This document shows positions 22,430 through 32,201 of a stretch of DNA of 64,000 nucleotides, in pieces. The notes under the pieces were generated by a model. That model saw only the letters and a list, made by a program, of their open reading frames with translations, had not been told where the DNA came from and did no database searches. The first letter of the stretch is position 1. Each line of letters opens with the position of its first letter. Source of the DNA: Thermoproteota archaeon (GTDB lineage: Archaea > Thermoproteota > Thermoprotei_A > Sulfolobales > Ignisphaeraceae); the NCBI GenBank assembly GCA_030550585.1, contig JAUQPB010000002.1, positions 160,001-224,000 of the forward strand, given 5' to 3'. Both the position numbers and the translations under genes were made by a program.

Positions 22430-22473
22430 TATGTGCGGACTCATATAAAGATCTATTTTAGGGTCCGCACTTA
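22430..22473. promoter_or_regulatory. Inverted pair of GTGCGGAC sites in the divergent lysW/lysY promoter (candidate Lrp/LysM operator)
   Basis: GTGCGGAC (22433-22440)-N22-GTCCGCAC (22463-22470); each site lies 17-18 nt upstream of a GTATAWAW TATA-like box on its own strand. Confidence 0.55.
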
Positions 22474-22559
22474 CATCATATCTTAACAGTATAAAAACTG
22501 CTCTACAAAGATAAGTTAGCAGGTTCAATATTATGTAATGCAATGTGGGTTGATAAGCA

Positions 22560-23624
22560 ATGTCGTCAAATAAAAAGAGGGTATGTGTAATAGGTGCGTC
22601 AGGATATACTGGTGGGGAGCTGCTAAGGCTGCTAGCATATCATCCAAATGTAGAGGTAACTATGGCAACATCTAGAGAGTATGTGGGTAAGCCTGTTCAC
22701 TATGTTCACTTTAATCTAAGAGGTATCTATAGAAATCTGAAATTTGTTGAACTCAATCTCGATTTGGTGTCGAAAAACTGTGATGCAGTATTTCTCTCTC
22801 TTCCACATGGGGTATCGCTAAACTATGTACCAAAGATATTGGAAATGGGGATAACAGTCATTGATTTGAGTGCTGACTTTAGGTTGAAGAATCCTGAGCT
22901 ATACAAGATTTGGTATGGTTTTGAGCATCCATATCCAGATCTGCTTAACAAAGCTGTTTATGGTTTGCCAGAGATTCATAGAGATGAGCTTAGAAATGCA
23001 AAGCTTGTGGCTTCTCCTGGATGCAATGCAACGGCAGGGATACTATCTCTATTGCCACTAGTCAAAAACAATATAATATTTTTGGATAGGATAGTTATAG
23101 ACGTTAAAGTTGGTAGTAGTGAGGCTGGTTCAAAACCATCTATATCTGATCATCATCCAGAAAGAGAAGGATGTATAAGACCGTACGACGCAGATGGGCA
23201 TAGACACGCTGCTGAGGTTGAGCAAGAGCTTTCATTAGTGTCCAACAAACGTGTGGTTGTTTCAATGGTTCCACATGCCGTGGGAAGCATAAGAGGTGCA
23301 CTAGCCTCTTCCCATGCTTGGCTTACACAAAACCTAGATGATATGGAGTTGTTGAAGGTTTATGTAGCTACGTACAGAAATGAACCATTCATTAGAATAG
23401 TCTACAAGGTGCCGCCAGGCTATCCCGATCCAAAGTATGTTATAGGTAGTAACTATGCTGATGTAGGATTTGCTGTAGAGAGAAGGGTTGGAAGAATAAC
23501 ATCGTTTGCAGCAATAGATAACCTTGTTAAGGGTGCAGCAGGCCAGGCTATACAAGCATTTAACATCGCTATGGGATTTGAAGAAACAGCTGGATTGCTT
23601 ATAGTGCCACCAAAGCCCGCTTAG
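22560..23624 (+). CDS. lysY: [LysW]-aminoadipyl-phosphate reductase (ArgC family)
   Basis: GASGYTGGEL, DLSADFRL, PGCNAT, IDNLVKGAAGQA. Confidence 0.93.
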   Translation: MSSNKKRVCVIGASGYTGGELLRLLAYHPNVEVTMATSREYVGKPVHYVHFNLRGIYRNLKFVELNLDLVSKNCDAVFLSLPHGVSLNYVPKILEMGITVIDLSADFRLKNPELYKIWYGFEHPYPDLLNKAVYGLPEIHRDELRNAKLVASPGCNATAGILSLLPLVKNNIIFLDRIVIDVKVGSSEAGSKPSISDHHPEREGCIRPYDADGHRHAAEVEQELSLVSNKRVVVSMVPHAVGSIRGALASSHAWLTQNLDDMELLKVYVATYRNEPFIRIVYKVPPGYPDPKYVIGSNYADVGFAVERRVGRITSFAAIDNLVKGAAGQAIQAFNIAMGFEETAGLLIVPPKPA

Positions 23625-23628
23625 GTGA

Positions 23629-24438
23629 ATGCCGATGGTCATAGTAGTCAAAGTTGGTGGCAGAGCCCTCAATAAAAATCTAGATGGGATTGTCAAGGAT
23701 TTGGCAGAGGTGAGTAAGAAGGAAAAGGTGGTCTTTGTTCATGGAGGTGGGGATATAGTTACAGAATACAGTAAGAGGCTTGGAATAGAGCCAAAGTTTG
23801 TTATATCTCCAGAGGGGATTAGAAGCAGGTATACGGATGAGAAGGAGCTCGAGGTATACGTAATGGTTATGGCGGGAAAAATAAACAAGACTATAGTGTC
23901 AAAATTGCAAGCTTTAAACGTTTCAGCAATAGGTATAACAGGAGCTGATGGACCGACGTTAATAGCGGAGAGAAAGAAAAGGATAATAATCGTTGATGAA
24001 CGGGGTAGGAAAAGGGTTATAGATGGAGGATATACAGGGAGGATAATAAGAGCCGAGACAAAGCTTCTGCAAACACTATTGGATAGTGGATTCACGGTAG
24101 TTGTGGCGCCAATAGCTATAGACAATGAGGGCACACTTCTAAATGTAGATGGAGATCAAGCTGCATATGCTATTGCAACAGCTTTAAAGGCCACGGATTT
24201 GATCATTCTATCAGATGTCGAGGGCGTAATAATAGACAACAATGTTGTAAAGGAGATAAAATCTTCTCTTGTAGAGAAGATTATTGAGAAAATAGGTCCT
24301 GGAATGAATAGAAAGGTTATGCTAGCTGGCAAAGCTGTAGATGAGGGAGTTGGAAGAGCAATAATAGCCTCTGGCGTCGTCGAGAACCCAATAGTAAATG
24401 CGTTGAATGGGGGAGGGACTGTGATAATTAAGGGATAA
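23629..24438 (+). CDS. lysZ: [LysW]-aminoadipate kinase (ArgB family)
   Basis: VVKVGG, VHGGG, SRYTD, GGYTG, LNVDGD. Confidence 0.93.
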   Translation: MPMVIVVKVGGRALNKNLDGIVKDLAEVSKKEKVVFVHGGGDIVTEYSKRLGIEPKFVISPEGIRSRYTDEKELEVYVMVMAGKINKTIVSKLQALNVSAIGITGADGPTLIAERKKRIIIVDERGRKRVIDGGYTGRIIRAETKLLQTLLDSGFTVVVAPIAIDNEGTLLNVDGDQAAYAIATALKATDLIILSDVEGVIIDNNVVKEIKSSLVEKIIEKIGPGMNRKVMLAGKAVDEGVGRAIIASGVVENPIVNALNGGGTVIIKG

Positions 24439-24443
24439 AATAG

Positions 24444-24863
24444 ATGCCTCTAGATGAACTAGATCTAAAGCTATTAAGACTACTTAAAGAAAATGCACGT
24501 ACACCATATTCAAAACTAGCAAAAGAACTTGGAATAAGCGAGTCGGCTGTTAGAAAAAGAATTTCGAGACTTATAAAAACCGGTATAATAAAAAAGATGA
24601 CTATTGAATACGAGCTTGAAAACGAGGTTAAAGCAATTATTTTAGTGAAGACCCAGCCTCCAATCCCAGTGCCCGAAGTGTCAAAAAATATTCTGAAAAT
24701 ACCTGGGGTCGAGGCTGTATATGAACTAACAGGCGAATATGATATTCTTGCTATAATTAGAGCCTCAGGTGTAGATATGATCAACAAGTTCATAGACGAA
24801 ATCCGCACCATTCCAGGAGTCATAAGCACGTATACAATGATAGTATTACGTACATGGGTCTAG
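24444..24863 (+). CDS. lysM: Lrp/AsnC transcription regulator LysM
   Basis: Lrp HTH (LKENARTPYSKLAKELGISESAVRKRI) plus RAM domain (TGEYD); follows lysYZ as in Sulfolobales. Confidence 0.85.
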   Translation: MPLDELDLKLLRLLKENARTPYSKLAKELGISESAVRKRISRLIKTGIIKKMTIEYELENEVKAIILVKTQPPIPVPEVSKNILKIPGVEAVYELTGEYDILAIIRASGVDMINKFIDEIRTIPGVISTYTMIVLRTWV

Positions 24864-25309
24864 ACCGCCCCAGCTTCCATAAAGCTTTTAAACTTGTACA
24901 AACAGATTTAAGACAAGCTTTACACCCGATCAACATAAAGTTAGGGGTGTTATGATGCGCCAAACAGGTTAGTATTTTATGAAGCAATGGATTTGGATAT
25001 CAGATCAGATTGTAGAGAATTGAGTATATGGGGGAATAGAAAGAAGCTCTTATTCTCCTCCTGTCTAAATTGGGTTAAACGCATATATGCGCTACCACAT
25101 ACCAATATTGTTTTAGATAACTATTTAAGAAAGTTAGAAAAGGTTTTGCTAACAAAAGATAGTGTGCGGAGGTGGGGCAAGATGTTACCATTGAGAACGC
25201 TGACAAATATGTTATTACATAGAGAAAAGACATTTTATTTACAAGCTTGGTGTAAGCCCATCTTTCATTTATTGATGTTTGAAATAGGAGGTTGGTAGGG
25301 GGTGAGATT

Positions 25310-26344
25310 ATGAGAAATGTGAATGTTGTTGTTATGGGTTTTGGTAATGTGGGAAGAGCATTTGTTAAAGTAGTGTCTCTAAAGAGGAAGATGATTGCTG
25401 AAAAGTATGGGATAAACATAAATATTGTGGCTGTTGGTGATTCGAAGGGTGTTGCGATAAAGAAGGAGGGGTTTGATGAATATGAGCTACTTAAGATGAG
25501 TGAATTGCCGAGATCCAGTCTCCATATGTTTGCTCCCTATGGTAGGCAAGAAGTGGATATTAAAGAAGTTTACAGGGAGACAGAACCGCATATACATGTC
25601 GAGCTGACACCTGCAAACTATCTTACTGGAGAACCCGGCTATTCAAACATATTATTTGCATTGAGAAACAATGCACATGTCGTGACAGCCAACAAGGCAC
25701 CTCTGGTGCTTCACTATAGCGAAATTATGAATGAGGCTAGGTCTAGGGGATTATCAGTAAGGTTTAGAGCGACTGTTATGGGTGGGACACCCTTCTTAGA
25801 AATGTTAAGCAGTATGAAGAGTCATGATATTGAAAGGGTTGAGGGGATATTAAATGCAACCACAAACTACATATTAACGGAGATGCACGAGAATCTGGTA
25901 GACTTTGAACAAGCTCTTAAAAAGGCTCAGGCAATAGGTGTGGCTGAAGCTGATCCAACACTAGATATCGAAGGATTTGATGCAGCAGCAAAGCTGTGCA
26001 TAATCTCTCATGTCATAGGCAAGCCAATCAATATGAATAGTGTATATAGAGAAAGCTTGTCGAAAGTTACATTAAAAGATGTATTGGATGCTGTTAGGCA
26101 AGGGCAAGTCATCAAATATGTTGCACTTCTTGATACACAAAATAAAGTGGCTTCGGTAAAAATTGTGCGGTTGCCTAAAGACAATATACTGGCTCAGGTT
26201 GGTGGAGTTCTAAATGCAGTAAGGGTGAAAACTGATGCCACAGAGCTATTCTTTGTTGGTAAAGGTGGAGGAAGGATTGAGACAGCACACTCTGTTTTCG
26301 ACGATGTGTTATCAATAGTTCTGGAGAAGGTGATTGGCAAATGA
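25310..26344 (+). CDS. hom: Homoserine dehydrogenase
   Basis: GFGNVG, HVVTANKAP, GILNATTNYIL, AEADPTLDIEGFD; ATG follows GGTGA. Confidence 0.93.
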   Translation: MRNVNVVVMGFGNVGRAFVKVVSLKRKMIAEKYGININIVAVGDSKGVAIKKEGFDEYELLKMSELPRSSLHMFAPYGRQEVDIKEVYRETEPHIHVELTPANYLTGEPGYSNILFALRNNAHVVTANKAPLVLHYSEIMNEARSRGLSVRFRATVMGGTPFLEMLSSMKSHDIERVEGILNATTNYILTEMHENLVDFEQALKKAQAIGVAEADPTLDIEGFDAAAKLCIISHVIGKPINMNSVYRESLSKVTLKDVLDAVRQGQVIKYVALLDTQNKVASVKIVRLPKDNILAQVGGVLNAVRVKTDATELFFVGKGGGRIETAHSVFDDVLSIVLEKVIGK

Positions 26345-27480
26345 AAGAGAGAAGAAGCTTATGTGTTGTTAAAGTTGGTGGGTCGCTACTTAGGGATGGA
26401 AGATCATACATAGAATCAGCTGAAAACATTAAAAAGACATTCGTCGACGCAGATAGGTTGCCCATAGTAGTTGTTAGTGCTGCTAAGGGTGTTACAGATC
26501 TTTTAATTGAGGTTGCAAAAGGCTCTAAGAAGCATCTAGAGGCTGTAACCGAAAAATACTTATCCATTGCAAGCGAATTTTCATCCCCCAAATTGTCTAG
26601 GCGTGTTCACGAGGAGCTTGAACATTTGAAAAGAGTGGCTAATACCATATCTGGAAGCTTCGATGCCGCATTACAAGACCTTATAGTCTCTTTCGGTGAG
26701 AGGATCAGTAAAATACTCATGGTGGAGGCTCTTGAACATGTCAACGTTAGGGCAGTAGAGTTGAATGCGAGGGAACTTATAATAACAAATAATATTCATG
26801 GAGATGCATCCATAGATTATGTTGCAACAGCAAACAATTTAGAGAAAATAGTTAAACCAATCTTAGAAACCTCGGCAACGCCTGTCATAGAGGGTTTCAT
26901 AGGGGCTACCGAAGATGGTGCAGTAACTACTCTAGGCAGGGGAGGATCCGACTATACAGCAACGGCAATAGCATCTCTTCTAGGCATAGACGATGTTTAC
27001 CTGGTTACAGAGGTTGACGGCATTATGACGGCTGATCCAGCGCTAATACCGTCTGCCAAAATAATTAAGGTGCTGAGTTATAGAGAGGCTATGGAGGCAG
27101 CGTTACACGGTGCAAAAAGAATCAATCCAAAGGCTTTCGAACCTCTTGAAAAGTTCTATGGTTCAACGGTTTTCATAGGGAGCTGGAGAACATTTGGTAC
27201 AAAAATCCAACGGGAGTTGCCCGCGGATTTAGCAGGGCCCAAACTGGTTATGCATAAAACTTCTGGCGATATACCATACATTGCTATTATTGGCGAAGGT
27301 GTTGGAAACACAAAGTTTTTGAAGATGATAATCGATATATTCTATGAAAAGGCTTTTAGCATTCTCGGTATACAGTCATACTATTATAGACCATCTATAT
27401 TGGTATATGTGCAAAAAACCGAGGAACTAAAAATTTTAAGAGAGCTTCACAAAAGTTTGTTTGAGGGAGCCAAACCATGA
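26341..27480 (+). CDS. lysC: Aspartate kinase
   Basis: VVKVGGS, VVVSA, SFGE, TTLGRGGSDYTA, VDGIMTADP; regulatory C-terminus is short. Confidence 0.9.
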   Translation: MKERRSLCVVKVGGSLLRDGRSYIESAENIKKTFVDADRLPIVVVSAAKGVTDLLIEVAKGSKKHLEAVTEKYLSIASEFSSPKLSRRVHEELEHLKRVANTISGSFDAALQDLIVSFGERISKILMVEALEHVNVRAVELNARELIITNNIHGDASIDYVATANNLEKIVKPILETSATPVIEGFIGATEDGAVTTLGRGGSDYTATAIASLLGIDDVYLVTEVDGIMTADPALIPSAKIIKVLSYREAMEAALHGAKRINPKAFEPLEKFYGSTVFIGSWRTFGTKIQRELPADLAGPKLVMHKTSGDIPYIAIIGEGVGNTKFLKMIIDIFYEKAFSILGIQSYYYRPSILVYVQKTEELKILRELHKSLFEGAKP

Positions 27481-28541
27481 AGAGGAGGGTAGCCGTTTTA
27501 GGAGCCACAGGCATTGTTGGGCAAAGATTTGTTCAATTGCTAGCTGAACATCCATGGTTTGACCTCGAACTCTTAATGGCTTCAGAGAGAAGTGCGGGTA
27601 AGAGGTATGCAGAGGCTGTTCACTGGGTCTTGGAAAAGCCTATGCCAAGGATAGCATACGAATTGCAATTGCATCCAATCGATATAGAGATGCTAAGCAA
27701 GGAGAAGATAGACATTGTTTTTACAGCGCTTCCAGCTGACGTTGCAAGAGATTTAGAGCCTCAGATTGCTAGAAAAGGAATTGTTGTGGTGTCTAATGCA
27801 AGTTCAATGAGGCTTGAGCCAGACATTCCACTTCTGAATCCAGAAGTTAATGCTGATCATGTTGAGGTCTTAGAGGCCCAGAAAAGGGTTAGGGGGTGGA
27901 GCGGGGTAATAGCGAAGGTGCCAAATTGTACTACAGCAATACTCACACTAACGCTCAAACCATTGGTAGACGAATTTGGGATCAGAAGAGTTGTGGTTTC
28001 GACAATGCAGGCACTTTCTGGCGCTGGATTGACAGGAGTACCATCTATGTTCATTTTAGATAATCTAATTCCATATATAGAAGGTGAGGAAGAAAAGGTT
28101 GAAAATGAGTCTAAAAAGATTTTGGGATCTGTAAAAAGTGGTAGAATAGAGTTTAACAATAATGTAGAGGTTACAGCCAGTTGCCACAGGGTGATGGTTC
28201 TAGATGGCCATACAGAGGCCGTGTTTGTTGAACTGAATAGAAAAGCATCTGTAGATGAGGTGGCAAAGGCTTTGGAGGAATTCAAAGGGAACAAGATCCG
28301 CGGTCTAGATCTTCCAACAGCACCTTCGAAACCTGTTGTAGTGAGAAAAGAAGTTGATAGGCCACAGCCAAGACTGGACAGAATGGAGGGAAATGGCATG
28401 AGTGTTGTTGTCGGTAGAATAAGAGAGGATAAAGTATTAAATGGGGTAAAATATGTTGTTGTTGGCAACAATACGATTAGAGGGGCTGCAGGCAACGGCG
28501 TTCTAATCGCAGAACTTTTAGTGAGGAAGGGATACGCGTAA
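27477..28541 (+). CDS. asd: Aspartate-semialdehyde dehydrogenase
   Basis: GATGIVGQ, PNCTT, TMQALSGAG, RPQPRLD, NTIRGAAG. Confidence 0.95.
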   Translation: MKRRVAVLGATGIVGQRFVQLLAEHPWFDLELLMASERSAGKRYAEAVHWVLEKPMPRIAYELQLHPIDIEMLSKEKIDIVFTALPADVARDLEPQIARKGIVVVSNASSMRLEPDIPLLNPEVNADHVEVLEAQKRVRGWSGVIAKVPNCTTAILTLTLKPLVDEFGIRRVVVSTMQALSGAGLTGVPSMFILDNLIPYIEGEEEKVENESKKILGSVKSGRIEFNNNVEVTASCHRVMVLDGHTEAVFVELNRKASVDEVAKALEEFKGNKIRGLDLPTAPSKPVVVRKEVDRPQPRLDRMEGNGMSVVVGRIREDKVLNGVKYVVVGNNTIRGAAGNGVLIAELLVRKGYA

Positions 28542-28560
28542 ATAGCAATAGCAAGTGTAT

Positions 28561-29346
28561 TTACTGTTTCTCTTCAATGCTCTTCAAACTCTTTTGAATG
28601 GATGGTAATAATTGGCTTAGCTGATGTAACTGCACATTCAAGTTTTTCAATGTTTCAGCAATTTTGCGACTTTCTTCAATTGCATGAATCATGGTTTGCC
28701 TATGGACAATCATTTGAGCGATTCTTTTTATTGATGCGAATTTTTTGGCCCACTTGGGTATTACACCAGCCCCCCTCATTTCATCTAAACGCCTGGCAAG
28801 GGTATTGACATCGATGCCCAGCTTCTCACATGCTTCGTCAATTGTCTGTGAATTTGCTATAGCTTTTAAAACCTCGAGCCACTCTTGCTTAATGTTTATA
28901 GGCATTGTGAAGAGCAGCTCTAGAAAATCTGCAAAAGCGTTTTCAATAACCTCTCTAACAATTGTTTCTAGCTCTTCGCTATCGACTAAAAATACATCTG
29001 ACAACTCGATAACCTTGATCCCCAGTTTCTCAGCCAGCTCTTTTGCAGCATCGTCAGCAAAGCCTTTGCATACAACCATTGGTTTAACATTTTCAATAAT
29101 CGAATTCACGTAAACCTGTCTAATCCCACTAACATCAATTCTGCCAGCCTTTATTTCAACACCCCATTTATCGCCATTGGAATCCTCCACTATGGCATCG
29201 ATCTCTCCAACTTCAATACCGTTCACCAAAACCTTTTTCCTTGTCTCCAATATTCTAAACCCCAGCTCCTCGAGAACTCTCAGAGCGATTCTTTCACTGC
29301 TTAGCCATTTCCTCGATGGTGAAAGGGCTCCTCCTTTGTTACTCAA
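28561..29346 (-). CDS. PD-(D/E)XK (YraN/Mrr-like) endonuclease-domain protein with HTH and coiled-coil tail
   Basis: E...GEIDAIV...VEIKAG nuclease pattern; TIDEACEKLGIDVNTLARRL HTH-like segment. Confidence 0.7.
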   Translation of the reverse strand: MSNKGGALSPSRKWLSSERIALRVLEELGFRILETRKKVLVNGIEVGEIDAIVEDSNGDKWGVEIKAGRIDVSGIRQVYVNSIIENVKPMVVCKGFADDAAKELAEKLGIKVIELSDVFLVDSEELETIVREVIENAFADFLELLFTMPINIKQEWLEVLKAIANSQTIDEACEKLGIDVNTLARRLDEMRGAGVIPKWAKKFASIKRIAQMIVHRQTMIHAIEESRKIAETLKNLNVQLHQLSQLLPSIQKSLKSIEEKQ

Positions 29347-29416
29347 CGCAACATCCCTTTGCTCTACCTTTTTGCTTTGCTCTATCTAATTAATAAGTGT
29401 TTGAGTATAAATATAG

Positions 29417-30352
29417 CTACCTTTGTGTATAGTCAAGATAGTACCAGCAACGAACAATTGATCCATTAAGTGCTGTGGGTGGCGGCATATGCTTTTTGCA
29501 TATATCTCTTGCCCATGGACATATTGGATTTATGGGACATCCAATTGTAGAGTACATCGGCTCTGCCACGGATTTGAATTTAGAGCTCTCAACAAGGATT
29601 TTTGTATATGGATGCAAGGGTTTTTCAACAATATTTTTTGTTGGCCCCTCTTCTATGAGGTAGCCGTTTAGCAGAACACCTATCCTATTGGAGATATACG
29701 AAACAACATTTAAATCATGAGAAACCATTATATAGGAGTACCCGAACATCTCCTTTAAATCCTTTAAAAGAGCCAGTATCTCAGACTGTGTAACTACATC
29801 TAGGTGAGATGTTGGCTCATCTAACAGCATAAGCCTAGGCTTTGTTATCAAAGCTCTTGCTATGGCAACTCTTTGCAACATTCCTCCGCTGAGTTGATGA
29901 GGATACTTGTTTGCAATCTGTTTATCTAGTCGAACCAATTCGAGTACATTTTCAACAGCTTGCTGAACAACTCTTTTAGATAAACCTTTTATTATAAGAG
30001 GCTCGCCGATTATATCCATTATCTTCATTCGTGGATCGACAGATGAAAAGGGGTCTTGAGGAACAAAACCGATTTTCCTAAGTACATCAACCTTTATCTT
30101 CCCATCATAATATAATTTTTCACCTTCAATATAGATTTCTCCTCTAAACGGTTTTACCAATCCTAGCAAGGCCTTCAATATAGTTGTCTTCCCGGAACCA
30201 CTAGCTCCGATCAATCCAAAGGACTCATTTCGATTAACACTAAATGAAACACCTTTAACTACAACATGTTTTGTTTTTCCCAAAAAACCAAACAGGCTTT
30301 CCTCATACGATACCCACAAATCTTCTACACGTACAATTTCTCTGCCCTCCAA
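29417..30352 (-). CDS. Peptide ABC ATP-binding protein (DppF/OppF)
   Basis: GASGSGKTT, YPHQLSGGMLQR, HPYT, C-terminal Cys cluster. Confidence 0.9.
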   Translation of the reverse strand: MEGREIVRVEDLWVSYEESLFGFLGKTKHVVVKGVSFSVNRNESFGLIGASGSGKTTILKALLGLVKPFRGEIYIEGEKLYYDGKIKVDVLRKIGFVPQDPFSSVDPRMKIMDIIGEPLIIKGLSKRVVQQAVENVLELVRLDKQIANKYPHQLSGGMLQRVAIARALITKPRLMLLDEPTSHLDVVTQSEILALLKDLKEMFGYSYIMVSHDLNVVSYISNRIGVLLNGYLIEEGPTKNIVEKPLHPYTKILVESSKFKSVAEPMYSTIGCPINPICPWARDICKKHMPPPTALNGSIVRCWYYLDYTQR

Positions 30353-31290
30353 CAGGCAACACCATGACCATTCTTAATAAACACAATGTTTGGCTCTTCA
30401 TAGCATTTGCTGAAGGCAAACGGACATCTATTGATATATACACATCCTTTACTGGAAGAGTGTGTGGCTATAGAGGCCTTTTTCGGTCCATTGCCTTTCT
30501 GAAGTGTTGCAGCCTCTATAAGCTCTATGGTATATGGATGAATAGGATTTGATAAAATATCCTCAACTCTACCAATTTCAATAATCTTGCCTCTATACAT
30601 TACAGCGATATTCCTACAGACATGAGATGCGAATAAAATGTCGTGTGTTATCACAATGAGTGTAATACCGCTGTTTACAAGCTCCCTCAATATGTTTCCT
30701 ATTGCGCCACGTAGATACGCATCCAAGTTGCTTGTAGGCTCATCGGCTACTATAATCTTAGGGTTAATCGAAAGAGATAGTGCTATGGCAACTCTCTGAG
30801 CCATTCCCCCAGATAGTTGGTGGGGATACATATTGAGAACATCTTCAGGAAGGTTAACCATTTGCAAGTATTTCCTTATGAGTTCTACGGCCTGCTCTTT
30901 GTTTATTCTGTTATAAGCGTTTCTAACAACATCCATAAACAAATCAGATATTTTCGTATATGGACTGAGAGCAGCTGATGGATTTTGAGGTATTCTTACA
31001 ACGGTGCCTCTAACAGATCTAAAGTCTGTTTTATCTTCATTTACCACATACTTGTTGTTAACAATAAGGACGCCTTTTGTTATAGAATACGGTGGAAGAA
31101 GCCCTGAAATGGCGTTTCCGATAGATGTTTTTCCAGAGCCGCTTTCGCCAACTAAACAAAAAGATGTTTTCTCAATAACATCGAAGGAAACTCCCTTAAC
31201 AGCCCAGACAACACCATCATCTGTTTCATATCCTATTTTCAAATTCTTCGCTGTAATAATGAATCGGTTGCTCATATCCATGGCTTCCAT
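30325..31290 (-). CDS. Peptide ABC ATP-binding protein (DppD/OppD)
   Basis: GESGSGKT, YPHQLSGGMAQR, ADEPT, HPYT. Confidence 0.9.
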   Translation of the reverse strand: MEAMDMSNRFIITAKNLKIGYETDDGVVWAVKGVSFDVIEKTSFCLVGESGSGKTSIGNAISGLLPPYSITKGVLIVNNKYVVNEDKTDFRSVRGTVVRIPQNPSAALSPYTKISDLFMDVVRNAYNRINKEQAVELIRKYLQMVNLPEDVLNMYPHQLSGGMAQRVAIALSLSINPKIIVADEPTSNLDAYLRGAIGNILRELVNSGITLIVITHDILFASHVCRNIAVMYRGKIIEIGRVEDILSNPIHPYTIELIEAATLQKGNGPKKASIATHSSSKGCVYINRCPFAFSKCYEEPNIVFIKNGHGVACWRAEKLYV

Positions 31291-32201
31291 CTCCTCCTTA
31301 TAACAGGGCTAAGATACTCGTTGAGTCCATCGCCAAGCAGGACCAGGCCCAGGGTTGTAGCCAGTAGAAAGATGCCTGGATAAACTACTATCCACCAATA
31401 GGTTCTAATGTATCTGAGACCAAAACCTATTATCATTCCCCAATCAGGCAAATCTATGGATTGCATGGATGCTGTACCAATTAGGAAATTTATTGATGAA
31501 ATTTCTATAAGTATAGACCCAGCATCTGTGATGGCTTGAACCAATACTATTGGAAAGGTGTTGGGTATCAGATGCCTCATTATAACGTACATTCTAGAGG
31601 CTCCCATAACTCTACAAAGCTTAACGAAATCAAGTTCTCTCAGCTCTCTAACGACAACATAAGCTGTTCTAGCGTACCACGGCCACCAAGTAGCTATTAT
31701 TGCAATAACAACTGATGTGAGGCCCCTGCCAAAGACTATTACAAGTGCTGCTGCCAAAACAAATGAGGGTATGATTAAGAACACCTCAGTCAAGTAGCCC
31801 AATAATCTTTCCAAGACAGGGCCACCATAACCAGTAAAAACGCCTATGAGAAGACCTAGAAAGAGGCTTGCCAGCAATGTAATAGATATTTGGAGCAGTG
31901 CGATATGGGCACCTATAAGAACTCTGCTTAGAAGATCTCTCCCCATTTCATCGGTTCCAAATGGGTGGTATATAGATGGGCAGGAAAACGGCAAGCATGG
32001 AGGCATACCTTGTCTGTGCATCGCCTCTTGTGTTACTATTCCCCAGCCTTCTTCTTTGTAAGGAGCGGCAACTAGACCGACAAAGCTTAGAAAGACAATA
32101 GAGACTGTTATTATCAAGCCAATTCTAAATTTAATGTTTTTAGATGCAACATTTATCGGATATAAAAGTGCAAGGCGAAGTGCATTGCCAATTCTATTCA
32201 T
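31272..32201 (-). CDS. Peptide ABC permease (DppC/OppC)
   Basis: HPFGTDEMGRDLLSR, PDWG, WW..YPG. Confidence 0.9.
   Translation of the reverse strand: MNRIGNALRLALLYPINVASKNIKFRIGLIITVSIVFLSFVGLVAAPYKEEGWGIVTQEAMHRQGMPPCLPFSCPSIYHPFGTDEMGRDLLSRVLIGAHIALLQISITLLASLFLGLLIGVFTGYGGPVLERLLGYLTEVFLIIPSFVLAAALVIVFGRGLTSVVIAIIATWWPWYARTAYVVVRELRELDFVKLCRVMGASRMYVIMRHLIPNTFPIVLVQAITDAGSILIEISSINFLIGTASMQSIDLPDWGMIIGFGLRYIRTYWWIVVYPGIFLLATTLGLVLLGDGLNEYLSPVIRRRWKPWI

Noticed and set aside
24952-25004. ATGATGC...ATGAAGC...CAGA pattern resembling a box C/D RNA
   Set aside because: All boxes are degenerate and there is no CUGA
24987-25298. 103-aa ORF upstream of hom
   Set aside because: No recognisable motif or SD, atypical composition; not called as a CDS
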